The notes below the pieces were generated by a model. It was not told the DNA's origin. It did no database searches and saw only the letters and a list, made by a program, of their open reading frames with translations. DNA of 63,925 nt, the filler included, from Octopus bimaculoides (lineage: Eukaryota): assembly GCF_001194135.2 (NCBI RefSeq). It is 7 parts of 6 records of this genome, joined end to end, with 100 filler letters (N's around TTAATTAATTAA, not from the genome) between each part and the next. Parts side by side here need not be neighbours in the genome. Positions count along the whole stretch, not along the records: positions 11,084 to 18,540 come from NC_068982.1; positions 18,641 to 31,177 come from NC_068993.1; 5 more parts are not named here. One strand, written 5' to 3'. The position numbers were made by a program, and so were the translations under genes. Below, one piece after another: positions 11,401-25,806 of this stretch (positions within the stretch are counted from its first letter, which is position 1; each line of letters starts with the position of its first letter).

Positions 11401-12122
11401 GTCAGAGCGACGAAACCGTTCTGCACGCACTCATGCAGTGTCCAACCATTTCAGACCTGGGGGCTTATGCCGAACGGCTGCTGTCACGTGTGGGACGAGT
11501 CTGCCTGTCGGCCAAGTCTATCACGGAGAGTTGCTCCGCCACCTTCTCTTAAACGGGAAGGCAAGGCAGTTTTCATTGTAGTGGTGGTCATGGTGAAAGA
11601 ATGTGTGTGGTGGGCTCGAGCGAAAGATTTAGAGACAGACACCTACCTCATCAACTTTTTCAAGTACCAATTGAAAAGGAATGTGAGAATAGAGAGGCAA
11701 GTTTTGTCTCGTAAAAGGTGGGTGAATGTAGCAAAGATGGTGCGTGCGAGTGACGAAATCACTTTGAGCATGATCCTATAAATCGGAGAGAGAGAGAGAG
11801 AGAGAGAGAGCGAGTACATACCTACCTACATAGTACATACCTACCTACCTCACTATCTACCTCCCATGTGTTTATTCCCTCCCTGCCTGAGGTTACCGTG
11901 GTCTTTTCCGTATGCTTTTCTTTCCACGGATAAACCTAGTCTTGCGTTTTACACTTTTAAAATTTTTCTGTGATACACGATCCCTTTTGATGTTTTTTTT
12001 TTCTCACTATCCCTTTTGATCGGAATTTTATTTTTCTCCTGTTTTTTCTATTTTCGGAAAGAAAAACTCTACATTGTATTTTGTCCCCTTTGTGTTCGGC
12101 CCTGTGTGGCTAATAAAGAAAC
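11400..12122 (+). mobile_element. Tx1/L1-clade LINE 3' end (ORF2 C-terminus + 3' UTR), interrupted by a microsatellite block
   Basis: VKECVWWARAK.LETDTYLINFFKYQLKR.VRIER resembles the C-terminal W..R segment of Tx1/L1 ORF2. A T-rich UTR ending in AATAAAG follows. Confidence 0.6.
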
Positions 12123-12174
12123 TTTAAATTATATATAAACACACACACACACACACACACATTCAAGAGCGCAT

Positions 12175-12213
<39 letters not shown>

Positions 12214-12274
12214 CTTATATTTACATATTTGTGAATTTGTGTGTGTGTGTGTGTGCGTAATTGTGTGTGTGTGT

Positions 12275-12324
<50 letters not shown>

Positions 12325-12914
12325 GCCTTTGTGTATGTATTTTCGCCTGAGTGTATCTATATGTGTGTTTGCAATTCTAAACTAGCGGTTTTATTTGCAA
12401 TTACTAAGTCAAAAAGATAAATTGACCATTTAACAGAAATTGATAAAACAGTATAAGTCTAAAATAAGTACTGGGACTAAAATCATTGATGGCATTGTCC
12501 ATGTATGACCAATTTCAATGATGAAAAGAAATAAAATTATATAAAAGAATTTAAAAATACGCAAATAAATAAAAGAAACAAACACATTAAAGCCAACCAT
12601 ACTGATAGATAATAGAAAAGCGAAAGGAAACAAAACAACTTTCAAATCCAATAAAAGCGTTAACATAAGTTTCAAAATATACCATGAGATCAATATTCTT
12701 ATATTTGGCCAAGAAAATTATCAAATTAATTAGGAAACGTATGATATTGATTGGGTATAGTGGCGAAAATCGATATAATCTATCTTGCACTGCCATTTCT
12801 TTTACTAATTATTATTACCAGAATGCGAAAACGATTGTCATTAAACATAATGTATGGCCAGGTAACAAGCAATTACTGAGTATAGCAAAAGATCTAACTC
12901 TCTCTCTCTCTGTC

Positions 12915-12950
<36 letters not shown>

Positions 12951-12961
12951 NNNNNNNNNNN

Positions 12962-13065
<104 letters not shown>

Positions 13066-13305
13066 CATATTTTCTCATCATATCGTTTTAAAATTTTGAC
13101 ATTTTATTCTTACGTACAACAATGGTTTCCGAACTTCACCGTTTCTTTGTTGCTTTTGTTTTTCTTTCACATCCATGTATTTATACGTTATAGTTGCAAT
13201 ATGTACCTCCTACAACTCTATATTATTTATTCATTATACGTATTTATATATTTAAAAGCTTTCACATTCATCAGTTACTTATCTTCCACTTCTCCCCTTT
13301 ATCCC

Positions 13306-13352
<47 letters not shown>

Positions 13353-13539
13353 GGTAAATGGATTGAGAGAGATAGAGGATGAAGGGAAAGTGAGAGAGCA
13401 GAAATATGGTTGTTTATATAATAGAAAGCAAAAATTGTGAGAGAAGTAGAGAACAATAGATAATAAAGTAAAAAATATTGCACAACGGGCGAAGTAGAAA
13501 AAAAAAACTTTAGCGGACGTGATCTCAGTAAAATATATT

Positions 13540-13671
13540 TTCTACTCTAGGCACAAGGCCCGAATTTTTTGGTGGGGTAGGGGGGCCAGTGGATTAGATC
13601 GACTCCAGTATGCAACTAGTACTTATTTTATCGACTCCGAAAGAATGAAAGGTAAAGTCGACCTCGGCGGA
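13540..13671 (-). mobile_element. 5'-truncated family B SINE with 17-bp TSD
   Basis: ATCTCAGTAAAATATAT at 13522-13538 and 13672-13688 flanks the element. Confidence 0.9.
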
Positions 13672-16330
13672 ATCTCAGTAAAATATATAACGGCGATGAA
13701 AACGAATTGCAGACCGAAGGAAATGACAGGGAATGTAAAACATACTTGCAGATTTCATAAAGCTACAGAAGGAGGGCGAAGTACATACAATAGATGAGGT
13801 AAACCAAAATACCTCCTAAAAATATGTGTTTGGCATGAGTTCAGTCATGTTTCTCCCCAATCAAGGCTGACTTGAAGTTAAACAATAGTAATTGGGTGCA
13901 ATTAGAACAAAGGTAACTATATTAAATATTGTCACATTTAAATTTTGTGGTTTGATTGCTTATATGTCATACTGACGTTTCAAAGAAACACATAAATCCA
14001 CCAATTACAAGTTCCTAGACGCATTTCACCAGCATACTGGCTCTTCGATCGTAAGACTGAAAGCCAAACAACCAACAAATATATGGCAACATGTAATATA
14101 TTAACGAAATCTCAATCTCACCCCGAACTGAATCATGCATAAATCTGTTGGTTATTTCTCACCTCTATCTTCCATTTCTGCATTAACAGAGATACCCGTA
14201 TATGTATACTAGCTGTGAAGAATCATCATTCTGTGAAGAATAATGGAATCACGAACTCTCTACAGTTTGATATAGTGCTTTTAATTAGAAATATTTTATT
14301 TAAGCTATAATCAAAGACTTGTTAAAGTATCTCATTTCAATTTTCTCTGAGTCAAAGTGTTAATATCGTTCCTGTAACGTTTCTTTTCACTAAACATTGA
14401 AAAGAGATCATGGGCAACATGTTGCTGTGTTTGTAAATAATTTGTAGATCGCATCTTATGTTGGTTTTGTATAGTTCTAGCCTAGAATTGCATTAAAAAA
14501 TGAAATCTAAAACATTAATGAATTATACATCGATTACAGTGATTGAAGAATATTCTAAGCGTGACAGTGTTGCTGGTTTTATTATTTGGAACATAAAAAA
14601 AGATAAATGATGTTATTTGCATCATTTTTGAAATATAACCAGTTATTTTTTTACAGATGAGGTGCATAGCATATCTTTAAAGTAATTTTTAGCAAAAGAG
14701 CAAAATGTGAAAGCATAATCGATATTGATCATCCCGGATAGATGTACTGCTCAGCCATCGTAAATATTATTTGCTGCGAGCTTCAAGTGATCTTGCATAT
14801 TTTAAAGTTGCAGATGGGATCCTTACTTTAATTCAAAATCAAATTCATAAGAATATACAATAATAAATTTTCCAAACATCATCAAACAATCTTTGAAACA
14901 TCGCCCGATTAACAGCATCCAAATTAAATATTCACATGTTTACTATTATTGAAGATATTTCGTTTTAGGCACCACAAAAATCTGATAATTACATCTCCCA
15001 GGAGATATTCGAAAAATGCATACCATTTAAAAACAGTAAAGAAATAGAATATGAGCTATTTGTGAAATAACTGTCAGAAACTTATAAGTGTGTACTTACA
15101 CAATATTTTGAGATTTGATTGCAAAAAACAGGAAGTAAGATTTGTTCTGTATAAATAAACTGTTTCTAATTAGAGATATGCAAGCAGTGGCTAATTACAA
15201 ATAATAAAATAAAGTTATTGATGTTTATTATTTACTATAAATATTCTCTTCATAATATCTTACGAATTATCCCTTACTACGAAAATTTGCAATCATAGAT
15301 AGTGACATCATACCTTTATGGTTATGAGAATATTTATGAAAATTACTTATTAGAAGTCTCCAAGATTTTTTGAGTGGTGTATAAACTGCTATTATATGAT
15401 AAAGTAAGTTACGTACACTGTAAAAAATCCTCTGAGACATGTATATTTAATGTATATCATTTAAACAAGACAGGCAATGAGAGTCTCAGTAACTAATACA
15501 TTCTAAATGATAAATTGGTAAATATAGAAATCTGGAAAAGATTTGATTTTGGGGACTGTCTTCTGCTTAACGTTGTAACGGTATTAATTTCTACAATATA
15601 GGCCTGATTAGAGCTCATATAGTTTAGTATTATTGAAGACTAATATACTTTGTGTGCAAGATTTTCTTTCACCATATTGTGATTCAGAGTCGACATACAT
15701 GCCTAGTTTCTGCGGTTGGCAAAACACAAAGCATAGATTCAGACCTGTTCTCGTCGATCATTGAGCAGTATACATCCGCTGCTATATCTGTATATTGCCA
15801 TATATTATTTAATTGAAATGTTGTCCGAGATTGGTGAGAATCCGGATATCGATTAATTTTTGGTCACCTATTGGCTTCAGAATTATAATATATTTCATTA
15901 ATTCTAATGCTGAATAAAGAACAACGACAATATAGAAAGAATGACTACTTCTTATACATTAGCGAAATAAATAACAGGTGAAGAAAATGTGTTCTTATGT
16001 ACTACAGTAAAAGAGATTTCATATAAATCTGAAACAGTGTTTTCTTTTAGACTGGAATAGTAAAGCTATATAACATGGGCTTTCATTCAATCATAAATCA
16101 ATAAAATTGGATATAAATGTTAATGTGTAAGAAAAAGACATGGTCTAAATATAGGTGACGGTGTATATGCCGTGATCTAAAGATCCCACAGAAATACCTA
16201 TTTAAGGGACATCTAACATTTATATGAAATGGTGTGTACATACCCAACTCGCGCATATATATGCATGCTTGTGTGCGTATGTACGTAAGTGTGTGTGTGT
16301 GTGTGCATACGTAAGTGGGTATGTGCGCAT

Positions 16331-16386
<56 letters not shown>

Positions 16387-16739
16387 ATAAGTACATACAC
16401 ACACATGTAAGGAGAATAGACAGAATCGTTAATAATGATGAATACGATGTCGGTTGGTATTCGCTGCATTAAACGTTACATTCCGTTCTTTTGGAATTTA
16501 TGCTTATAGTAAATATCACGTACAGCCGTTAGTTCAAATCTCTCTCCGAATCTGGCATCTTAAGGGCCGTTGGACATTACTTGATTATCCATCACATAGA
16601 TAAACAGATATGCTATCAGAGCCGCCAGTGGAAGACTGATATACAGTTCAGTAATGCGTACAAGCATGTATATATGTGTGAGCGTGTATGCGTGTATACA
16701 CACATAGACATTACACATAAATATAAGCCATCCCACGCG

Positions 16740-16863
<124 letters not shown>

Positions 16864-17104
16864 TGTGTGTGTGTGTGTGTGGAAAAGTAGGATAAACATA
16901 ACATACAGTTTATATATTTGTTCTCACAGCACGTTTCACCAATGTGGCTGTTTGAATCTTTTGCAGTGATAAATCATAGTGCAATCGGATGCAGACAGAA
17001 CGGTTATTCAGGGGAGCACTTTACTTTCTTTTCTTAACACATACACACACACATATGTATATATATATGTATGTATGTATGTATGTATATATGTGCGTGT
17101 GTAT

Positions 17105-17822
17105 GATGGGTGTCCACTCATGACCAAGGAGGACCATCCTTGACTATTGCCCACGCAAAATGTTAGCAATACCTGCGCGTGAGATTATTGCACCAGCAGT
17201 CAGATACATCCGGGTTAGCGTTTGCAGCTTCCGTGATTGCTGTGATACCCTCTTACTCGACAGGGCATCGGAAAATCATCTCATCGGCAATTGCACAATC
17301 TAAAATTTTAGGTCCAATAAGGCTTGCACAGCACCTAACAGACCCTCTACACCCTACTAACGTAATTCAGAGAGAAACCAGCGAAAGATATCCACTGCTG
17401 ATTGGGCTCGCAGGTTCATGAATGTGGGAACACTATGATCTAAGACGTAAGGAAAAGATCCCCAAAATGTTCAAAGACATTCTCTGTACATCTGTTTTTT
17501 TTTTATCACAATGACCTTCACCTAGAGACATGATTTAGCAAAATCTAAGGGATGCCTCACACCCAGTGGTCCTCCAGTACGTCGAACACCAATCCCGATT
17601 ATCTGAGGGTCCATTCTATTCAGTTCGTCCGTCCTTTTGACAGGTCTTGGATCTTGCTTTTAGTCCTGCCATGTTTCTAGCAACCCTCTTCACCTGGCAA
17701 GCCTGGTGAGGGTGCCGGTTTAATCGCCGACGACCCGACTCTGCAGCAGATTGTACTGGATTCCATCTTACAAGTAGAAGTCCTGAAAGACCTCTCAAGT
17801 GAACTCCCCACCTCTCTCCTCT
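17105..17822 (-). mobile_element. RTE-clade LINE 3' fragment
   Basis: RVARNMAGLKARSK-type segment, decayed downstream ORF, and the same terminus as 1290 (GATGG.CGTCCACTC.TGACC.AGGA.GACCAT). Confidence 0.65.
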
Positions 17823-17838
17823 CTTTCTCACACGCACG

Positions 17839-17909
<71 letters not shown>

Positions 17910-18480
17910 ACACACACAAGTTTGCATAAATGTAGATCATAACATCGGCAAAGAGCGTCCAGTTGTTCATTTAACTGAACTCCCTACTTATTAAATTAAC
18001 ATACCTGCGAATTAGTATAATACAGTCACGAGTACTTTTTAAGCAATTCTCAGTGAGAATCATCTGAAACAATGTAACAAGGGTAGGTATTTCAATTAGA
18101 AGTACAAATCCATGGCTATAGGCTTCCTAACAGTTTCGGTCTGTTCAGTTTAGTCTGTTGAGTTTCACTCATAATACCTGGATGAACCCAAATAAAATAC
18201 ATTATTCTAATATTCTATACAGTGATATCAAATCCTAAGCTGGTGTTCGTGAAGGGAACATGCTTTCATGCATGTTCGTAATATGTATTTTTACATGGCA
18301 GTTATTTTTGTTGAATGTATTTTTATTATTTGAACCAGCCATCTAAATTGGAAAACAAAACGCTGAAATAAAAACAGACAAACAGACAGACAGAAACACA
18401 CACATACACAGAGTCACAGACAGACAGACAGACAGACAAACACACACACACACACGCACACACATATTGAGCGTAAGAGA

Positions 18481-18540
<60 letters not shown>

Positions 18541-18965
18541 NNNNNNNNNNNNNNNNNNNNNNNNNNNNNNNNNNNNNNNNNNNNTTAATTAATTAANNNN
18601 NNNNNNNNNNNNNNNNNNNNNNNNNNNNNNNNNNNNNNNNCACACACACACACACGCGCGTAACACTAACAACATTATAAACCATAATTTCAAGATCTAT
18701 CAAAATATCTATTTTTTTTTCTTTCTTTTATTAAGAAAATGTTAGTCTGAAAATGTTTTAAGAGAAAATTTATTCTGCAATTATTAATTCCCAAAGCTAA
18801 AACTAAAGTAAATAAAATAAAACAAATTACGAAGTTAAATATAAAATTTCATTTATTTTACTTTATATTTCAGTCTTCCTGTAAACTTTTCCCCTCCAGC
18901 CTATATCCGTTTCCGGATCAAGTTAAATATAAGTGGTTATTCTCCCGCTGTTTTCTCCAATGTAG

Positions 18966-19097
18966 CATGGAAGCAAATATTTGTACCGGAGAGAAATAGT
19001 GACGGAGTTTGGTGAGTTGATAGTACAGAGAGAAATCAGTTTACAAATCGTCAGTTCGAATGACGAGAGCGGTACCGTTGTTGCATTGTGTCCATGA
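18966..19097 (+). CDS. Candidate terminal exon, possibly the ML-domain C-terminal strands
   Basis: TGTTTTCTCCAATGTAG acceptor, open frame HGSKYLYRREIVTEFGELIVQREISLQIVSSNDESGTVVALCP*, AATAAA at 19130-19135. An overlapping alternative exon 18874-19011 is also open. Confidence 0.3.
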   Translation, partial: HGSKYLYRREIVTEFGELIVQREISLQIVSSNDESGTVVALCP

Positions 19098-19209
19098 TGT
19101 TGATAATTTAATCTTTTATTTCGTTGTGAAATAAAGTGTGGCGAGGGAGGAACAATTGAACGTCGTAAACAGTGGAACTACGTCGAAATTTGAAAGTAAA
19201 ATGAATAAA

Positions 19210-19660
19210 TATAGGCGTAGGAGTGGCTATAGGCGTAGGAGTGGCTATAGGCGTAGGAGTGGCTGTGTGGTAAGTAGCTTGCTTACCAACCACATGGTCC
19301 CAGGTTCAGTCCCACTGCGTGGCATCTTGGGCAAGTGTCTTCTACTATAGCCTCGGGCCGACCAAAGCCTTGTGAGTGGATTTGGTAGACGGAAACTGAA
19401 AGAAGCCTGTCGTATATATGTATATATATATGTATGTGTGTATGTTTGTATGTCTGTGTTTGTCCCCCCCCAACATCGTTTGACAACCGATGCTGGTGTG
19501 TTTATGTCCCCGTAACTTAGCGGTTCGGCAAAAGAAACCGATAGAATAAGTACTAGGCTTCCAAAGAATAAGTTCTGGGGTCGATTTGCTCGACTAAAGG
19601 CGGTGCTCCAGCATGGCCACAGTCAAAAGACTGAAACAAGTAAAAGAGTAAAAGAGTAAA
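19210..19660 (+). mobile_element. Full-length SINE family A with triplicated 18-bp head
   Basis: ATAGGCGTAGGAGTGGCT x3, tRNA-like head, internal microsatellite, (GTAAAAGA)n tail. Confidence 0.9.
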
Positions 19661-19784
19661 TAAAAGATTGTGTTGCTGAGTGCTACTCATACTCCTCAGA
19701 GTATGATTAACAAAAAAAGAACAAAAAACAAAACAAAACAAAATTGTTCAGATGATAATAGTAATAGTAATAGTAATCCTTTCT

Positions 19785-19994
19785 ATAATAGGCACAAGGC
19801 CTGAAATTTTGGCAGGGGTGGGGGGACTAGTTGATTACATCGATCCCAGTGTTTCACTGGTACTTAATTTATCGGCCTCAAAAGGATGAAAGGCAAAGTC
19901 GACCTCGGTGGAATTTGAATTCAGTACGTACTGACGGGCGAAATACCGCTAAGCATTTCGTCCAGCGTGTAAACAATTCAGCCAGCTCGCCGCC

Positions 19995-19998
<4 letters not shown>
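19785..19998 (-). mobile_element. Family B SINE (tail variant 1), full length
   Basis: From TTTCTATAATAGGCACAAGGCC to GCCAGCTCGCCGCCTT, between (TAA)n tracts. Confidence 0.9.
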
Positions 19999-20072
<74 letters not shown>

Positions 20073-20573
20073 GCAACAACAACAACGTCGTCGTCCTCAC
20101 CCTTTCATTTGCGTTTTTGCTTATATATGGTTTGACGTCCAATATACCTCACCTTACACCCATGTAGAAAATGCAAAATGAATAAAAGTATACATAAATA
20201 CATCCGTTACATATACACACACACGCACACACATACATACACGCCAATATTCATTCACACACACACACACATATAGTCGCAAGAAGAAGAATGAATTTAG
20301 TATTCGTTGCAATTGTTTCTGTACAACTCCGTTTCTCATCACATCGTTCGTAAATAATTCCGTGTGAAAAGTTACATAATATGTGTGGTTTAATTTATCG
20401 AAGTGGCACTTCTTCAGACTAGACTTAGATTGTGTCTATTTGCATTGTGCCAGTCTTTTCATAGCTCAATTATAAAAATTGTTGATAGTCAGGAATTCGT
20501 GTCAAGCGCTGCGTTAGGAATACACCGATATTCTGCCCTATAAGAACTTACAGTACTGGTTACGAATATTACT

Positions 20574-20605
<32 letters not shown>

Positions 20606-21159
20606 TGTATGTATGTATGTATGTATGTATNNNNNNNNNNNNNNNNNNNNNNNNNNNNNNNNNNNNNNNNNNNNNNNNNNNTATATATATATATATATGT
20701 GGTACTTGCATTGTTAGAAATGAGAGTCAAAACGACTCATTAGCCACAAGAGCACTATCTTAATAAACTGACAAAGCTCCCTACGGTCGCAGATATAACT
20801 ATATCTCATGATTTCGAATTTTGATGCAGAGCATCTTAGTTCTCGTCAGGGCCTCTTACGGCGCCTACGGTTAAGCTCAACTCATCTCGTCAGCTTATAA
20901 GAAAAACCGTTGAAAACCTGTGCTGACTTAAAAAATGGTAGAAGTGAAAACTATAAATAATATGGGTGGCTTATTAGCAATTTAACAATCTGAAGGCAAA
21001 TTCATAGACGTCACATACTGGTACCACTTTGCACTCTCTGTCAGTTTAGTGACGTCTTTAAATTTGCCTTTAGGTTGTTAAATTGCTAATAAGTCACCCG
21101 TATTATTTACACACACACACACACACGTACACACGTGTATGTATATTTTAATCTGTTTT

Positions 21160-22480
21160 TAATTATTTAAATTTTTCCTTAGAGGAAGGAAGTGGTTTCT
21201 AACAAAGATACAAAGCTCCATTGTTGGAATGTAGATAATGAAAACAATGTCCCGTTTTAAACTTGAAAAAGTCTTACATATTTTCACTGTTCCACTTATA
21301 GACTGTAATTGTAATGTGCGAGTTGGTTGAATTCTTTTTCTGAAAACCCTAGCTTATATGGATTGTCACTAAGGCATTTACTCACAAAACCAAGTGCACC
21401 AATTATTATTGGCATAATTGTAAATTTATAATCTGGATATAGAAGTTGGATGTTCTGAAGCAGTTGTCTATAGTTACCCTCTTTCACTTTCATTTTTAAA
21501 GAGATATTCCCATCAGTAAGACAGCTGACCTTTCTAACAGTACATGCTTTTTTCTTGTGTGTCCCAAACAACAATATCTGGCCTGTTATGTTTATACTTG
21601 ATAGATATTTTGGTAGGAATGTCCCACCAGTATTCTCTGTGTTAATGTTTGTGAATATATTCAATAACAGGGAGATTATATTTATTCTAGAACAGTTTTT
21701 TTTCCCGAATAGCTTTGTATATTGCTTTGGCAACAACGTCGTGTCACATAGGAAGGTAGTACCTTGATGACATTTTTGGCAGCTGCTAACCACAGAAACA
21801 TAACATAATCAACATTTTCGGTCGCCCCTTGGGGCTCCAAGGGTTTCACTGTCTGTTTTACTTAGCTATTTCGTAGCCATCTTCTGTCATTGGACTGCAA
21901 ATCCATACCCTTCGAAGTGTGATGTGACGTAGCGGTCAGGAGTCCAAGAGAGTCTGCATCTGATGTTGATATTACTGTCATTTTCAAGTCTACCCATGCA
22001 TAGTTCTTTTTACTATGCTAAGCGTTTCACATCTGAGTCTTCTTTGAAGTATATCAATCCGGCTGCATGGGTGTTGTACGGGTGGTTGGTAGGAAGAGTA
22101 CTTGTTGAGGAGCTCGCTGCTAACACGTAGGATATTGTTCTCTTCGCTTTTCAGGTCTAAGTTTATGTATTTACTTTTGCTGCTGTTGTTTAGGAAGTGC
22201 TGTATGAGAGGAACTATAAGACATTCGAAGGCTGTCTGCACTCAAGCGTCTACCTTCTTCATCTCTTTTTTAGTAGAATCTGTTGATGTCATTATTTTGC
22301 GGGTTTTAATCTTTATGGAGTGGATCTCCAGTCAAGTATCCCAAATGTTGGAATCAACACTGGTACTGCAAATGTATTGTAGGATATTGTCTTGTTGCAA
22401 GAGGAGAGTTCCAACTGCCGTATTTTTCTGAGTGTTGCATAATATTCTCGCGTACTCTATCGTTATTAACAATACCTTCG
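21160..22480 (-). mobile_element. Decayed R4/Dong-type non-LTR retrotransposon (CCHC + restriction-like endonuclease)
   Basis: Shifted frames read VSSCQKM...HDVVAKAIY and EYWWDIP.K..IKYKHNRPDIVVWD, then KVSC..D.NI..K...KEGNY and IMPIIIGALG. Confidence 0.8.
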
Positions 22481-22635
22481 TATGATGTTTTCATCAATGC
22501 CTAGATACTTGTAGCATTCTTTGTGTGGTACAGTAGAGATAGTGAGAACACATATATGTATGCATATATATATGTGTGTAATATATATATATATATGTGT
22601 GCATGTGTATGTATGTATGTATGTATGTATGTATG

Positions 22636-22667
<32 letters not shown>

Positions 22668-22984
22668 TGTATGTATGTATGTATAACTGACCACTCTCGT
22701 TACACTTCCGCGTGTATTACATCGCAGGCGTTACATAAAAATCACACCCTCTCAGAAATACTTTTTTAGAAACTATAATAACGCTTGACGAGGTATAATT
22801 TATTTTTTCTCTACCATGTAAATCCCTCCCCACCCCAGACTAGTTTAAAGGGATTCAATAATCGAGGTGTTTTGTTTGACCTCGGAAAAGAATAATAAAA
22901 CGGGTGGAGAAAAGAATGAGTTATCATTAGATCAAGGAAGGAGGTGGATTGGCAGAAGCGTTAGGGAGTTGGTTAAAATGTCTT

Positions 22985-23415
22985 TTCTTTTCTACTCTAG
23001 GCACAAGGCCCGAAATGATGGGGGAGGGGGTCAGGCGATTACATCGATCCCAGTATGCAACTGGTACTTAATTTAACGACCCCGAAAGGATGAAAGGCAA
23101 AGTCGACCTCGGCAGAATTTGAACTCAGAACGTAAAGACTGACGAAATACCACAGCGTTTCTCCTGGCGCGCTAACATTTCTTATTTCTTTATTGTCCAC
23201 AAGGGTCTAAACATAGAGGGGACAAACAAGGACGGACAAAGGGATTAAGTCGTCTACATCGACCCCAGTACGTAACTGATACTTAATTTATCGACACCGA
23301 AAGGATGAAAAGCAAAGTCGACCTCGGCAGAATTTGAACTCAGAACGTAACGGCAGACGAAATACCGCTAAGCATTTCGCCCAGCATGTTAACGTTTCTG
23401 TCAGCTCGCTGCCTT
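22985..23415 (-). mobile_element. Tandem family B SINEs (tail variant 2 copy joined to tail variant 1 copy)
   Basis: Two AAAGTCGACCTCGGCAGAATTTGAACTCAGAACG units with different 3' tails. Confidence 0.9.
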
Positions 23416-23904
23416 ACAGTTAAAATGTCTTGCGATATCTATTCATGCTCTTTACAATCTGAGTTCAAATCCCACCGAGGACAATTTTGCCTTTCATTTC
23501 TCCGGAGTCGTCAAAACTGTTAGCCTTATCCCTAAACAATTCTTAGACTGAGGACATGGCTCTAATGCTCACAACAAATTGGTCTCTGCTAAAAGAGCCC
23601 AAGATCAGTTTGTGTTAAGTCGACACTTTATATATACGAGAAATTATTGTCTTTTGTAAGGCCACCGGCTGTATAAAGGAAGGCAATTGCAGTCGGCAGG
23701 ATAGTGGTATCTGTGATGTCCTTCTGCCGGATATCATCAGCGGAAGGAAAATGGAATGATTTCAACAGAGGATTGAACCTATGTCACAGACTATCACACC
23801 TTTTATTCTACACTTCAAAATTATGACAGTAGTGCATTAAGCATATGATCACAATTTGAATGTGTGTCTATTCCTTTCGCTTTATTCTGGTTTCTACAAT
23901 GGTT

Positions 23905-24120
23905 TCAAATTTTGGCGCAATGCCAGCAATTTTAGGGGAAAGAGATTGTCGGTTACATCGACTCCAGTGCTCAGTTGGTATATATTTTATCGAGATCGAA
24001 AGGATAAAAGACAAAGTCGACCTCGGCTGAATCTGAACCAAGAACACAAAGAGCCTGAAAAAATACTGCTAAGTATTTTTCTCGACACTCAAACGATTCT
24101 GCCAACTCGTTGCCTTAATG
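23905..24120 (-). mobile_element. Old family B SINE
   Basis: TACATCGACTCCAGTG...ACAAAGTCGACCTCGGC...GCCAACTCGTTGCCTT. Confidence 0.7.
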
Positions 24121-24560
24121 GCTTCTAAACTATACAATGAAGGATATTACATTGTGATTCAAGAGCCATTTGTCTGATATTTTTAGTGTTACCTCGTATC
24201 ACCTTTCATTGGGGGAGACGAAATATATTTTGAAGTTCAAATTCATCGTCATTGCGAACTTCTCAGCTAAGGACATTTTTGTGTCATTCACATCCTTGAA
24301 AAAAAACATACAAATTCGGAAATTTGTTAAACATCGATAAAGAGACCTTGGACTATTTTATTTTTAGCAAATATGTTATCCGTTTAAAAATTCATCATCA
24401 TTCTTCTTCGGTGAAAACTGCATATTTTTGCTTCGGTTGGTCGAATCATCGAAGGTTACGTTGTGAAAATTGTTTTTGTCTTTCTCGTTAAAAACTACCG
24501 GTAAAAGAAGAGTATCTGATATAAAAATATAGCCACCAGGCACATATACATATGTGCTGG

Positions 24561-24591
<31 letters not shown>

Positions 24592-24633
24592 AAAAAGAGA
24601 AAGAAAGAAAGAGAGAGAAAGAAAGACAGAATG

Positions 24634-24665
<32 letters not shown>

Positions 24666-25184
24666 TGGGACTCTCATACATAAATATACTCCCTTCATTT
24701 GCGTCACTGTCTGGCGTGTTCTTTTATTGACAAGAAGGATTATGTGAAGGCCAAGCTGTTCCTGGCTTCAGTTAAACAGTCAGTATTGGCAATATAAACC
24801 CCATACACAACATTCCTGGACTTATTCTTCCCTTTCTATCTAAGGATTATATAATGGCATGGAAATTCTCGTAAAACGGCAACGCTGTTTCAATCCTATC
24901 TGAAGCTCTTTACAATTGACTTGACTCAGTTCTTAACGATCCAATGAAGGATCATTTATGTGTTAGCTCGATCTGCTGGAAATAGCAGCTAAATTTCCTT
25001 CAAATTACGTCCCAGAATCTTATGAAATTAAGAGCATTGAACTATGTGGTTTTAGATATGTAAGAAGGTGGGATGGATACGACTGGATCGTGCATTGATA
25101 GACGGCAGGTTGGATGTATGAGCAGATAGAAGAATAGATAGATAGATGCATGTAGAGAAAGATACATCAATAGATAGATTCATG

Positions 25185-25730
<546 letters not shown>

Positions 25731-25806
25731 TAGATAGATTCATGGATATATAAATAGATGTGTGTGTGTGTGTTTATGTATGTGTATACACACGTACACA
25801 CATATA

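Noticed and set aside
13690-13790. Minus-strand LYEICKYVLHSLSFPSVCNSF, GPCR- or ML-like impression
   Set aside because: The apparent continuation is SINE/TSD sequence, it is on the wrong strand for the ML gene, and similarity is too weak.
16922-16962. Phase-2 acceptor giving C-TFHQCGC as the next ML exon
   Set aside because: Stop after 13 codons, no donor and no CP motif.
18985-19012. NSDGVW resembling a bacterial Y_Y_Y domain (horizontal transfer idea)
   Set aside because: A six-residue match only, with no surrounding domain and eukaryotic splice context.
19213-19265. 18-bp triple repeat as a regulatory array
   Set aside because: It is a slippage duplication of the family A SINE 5' end.
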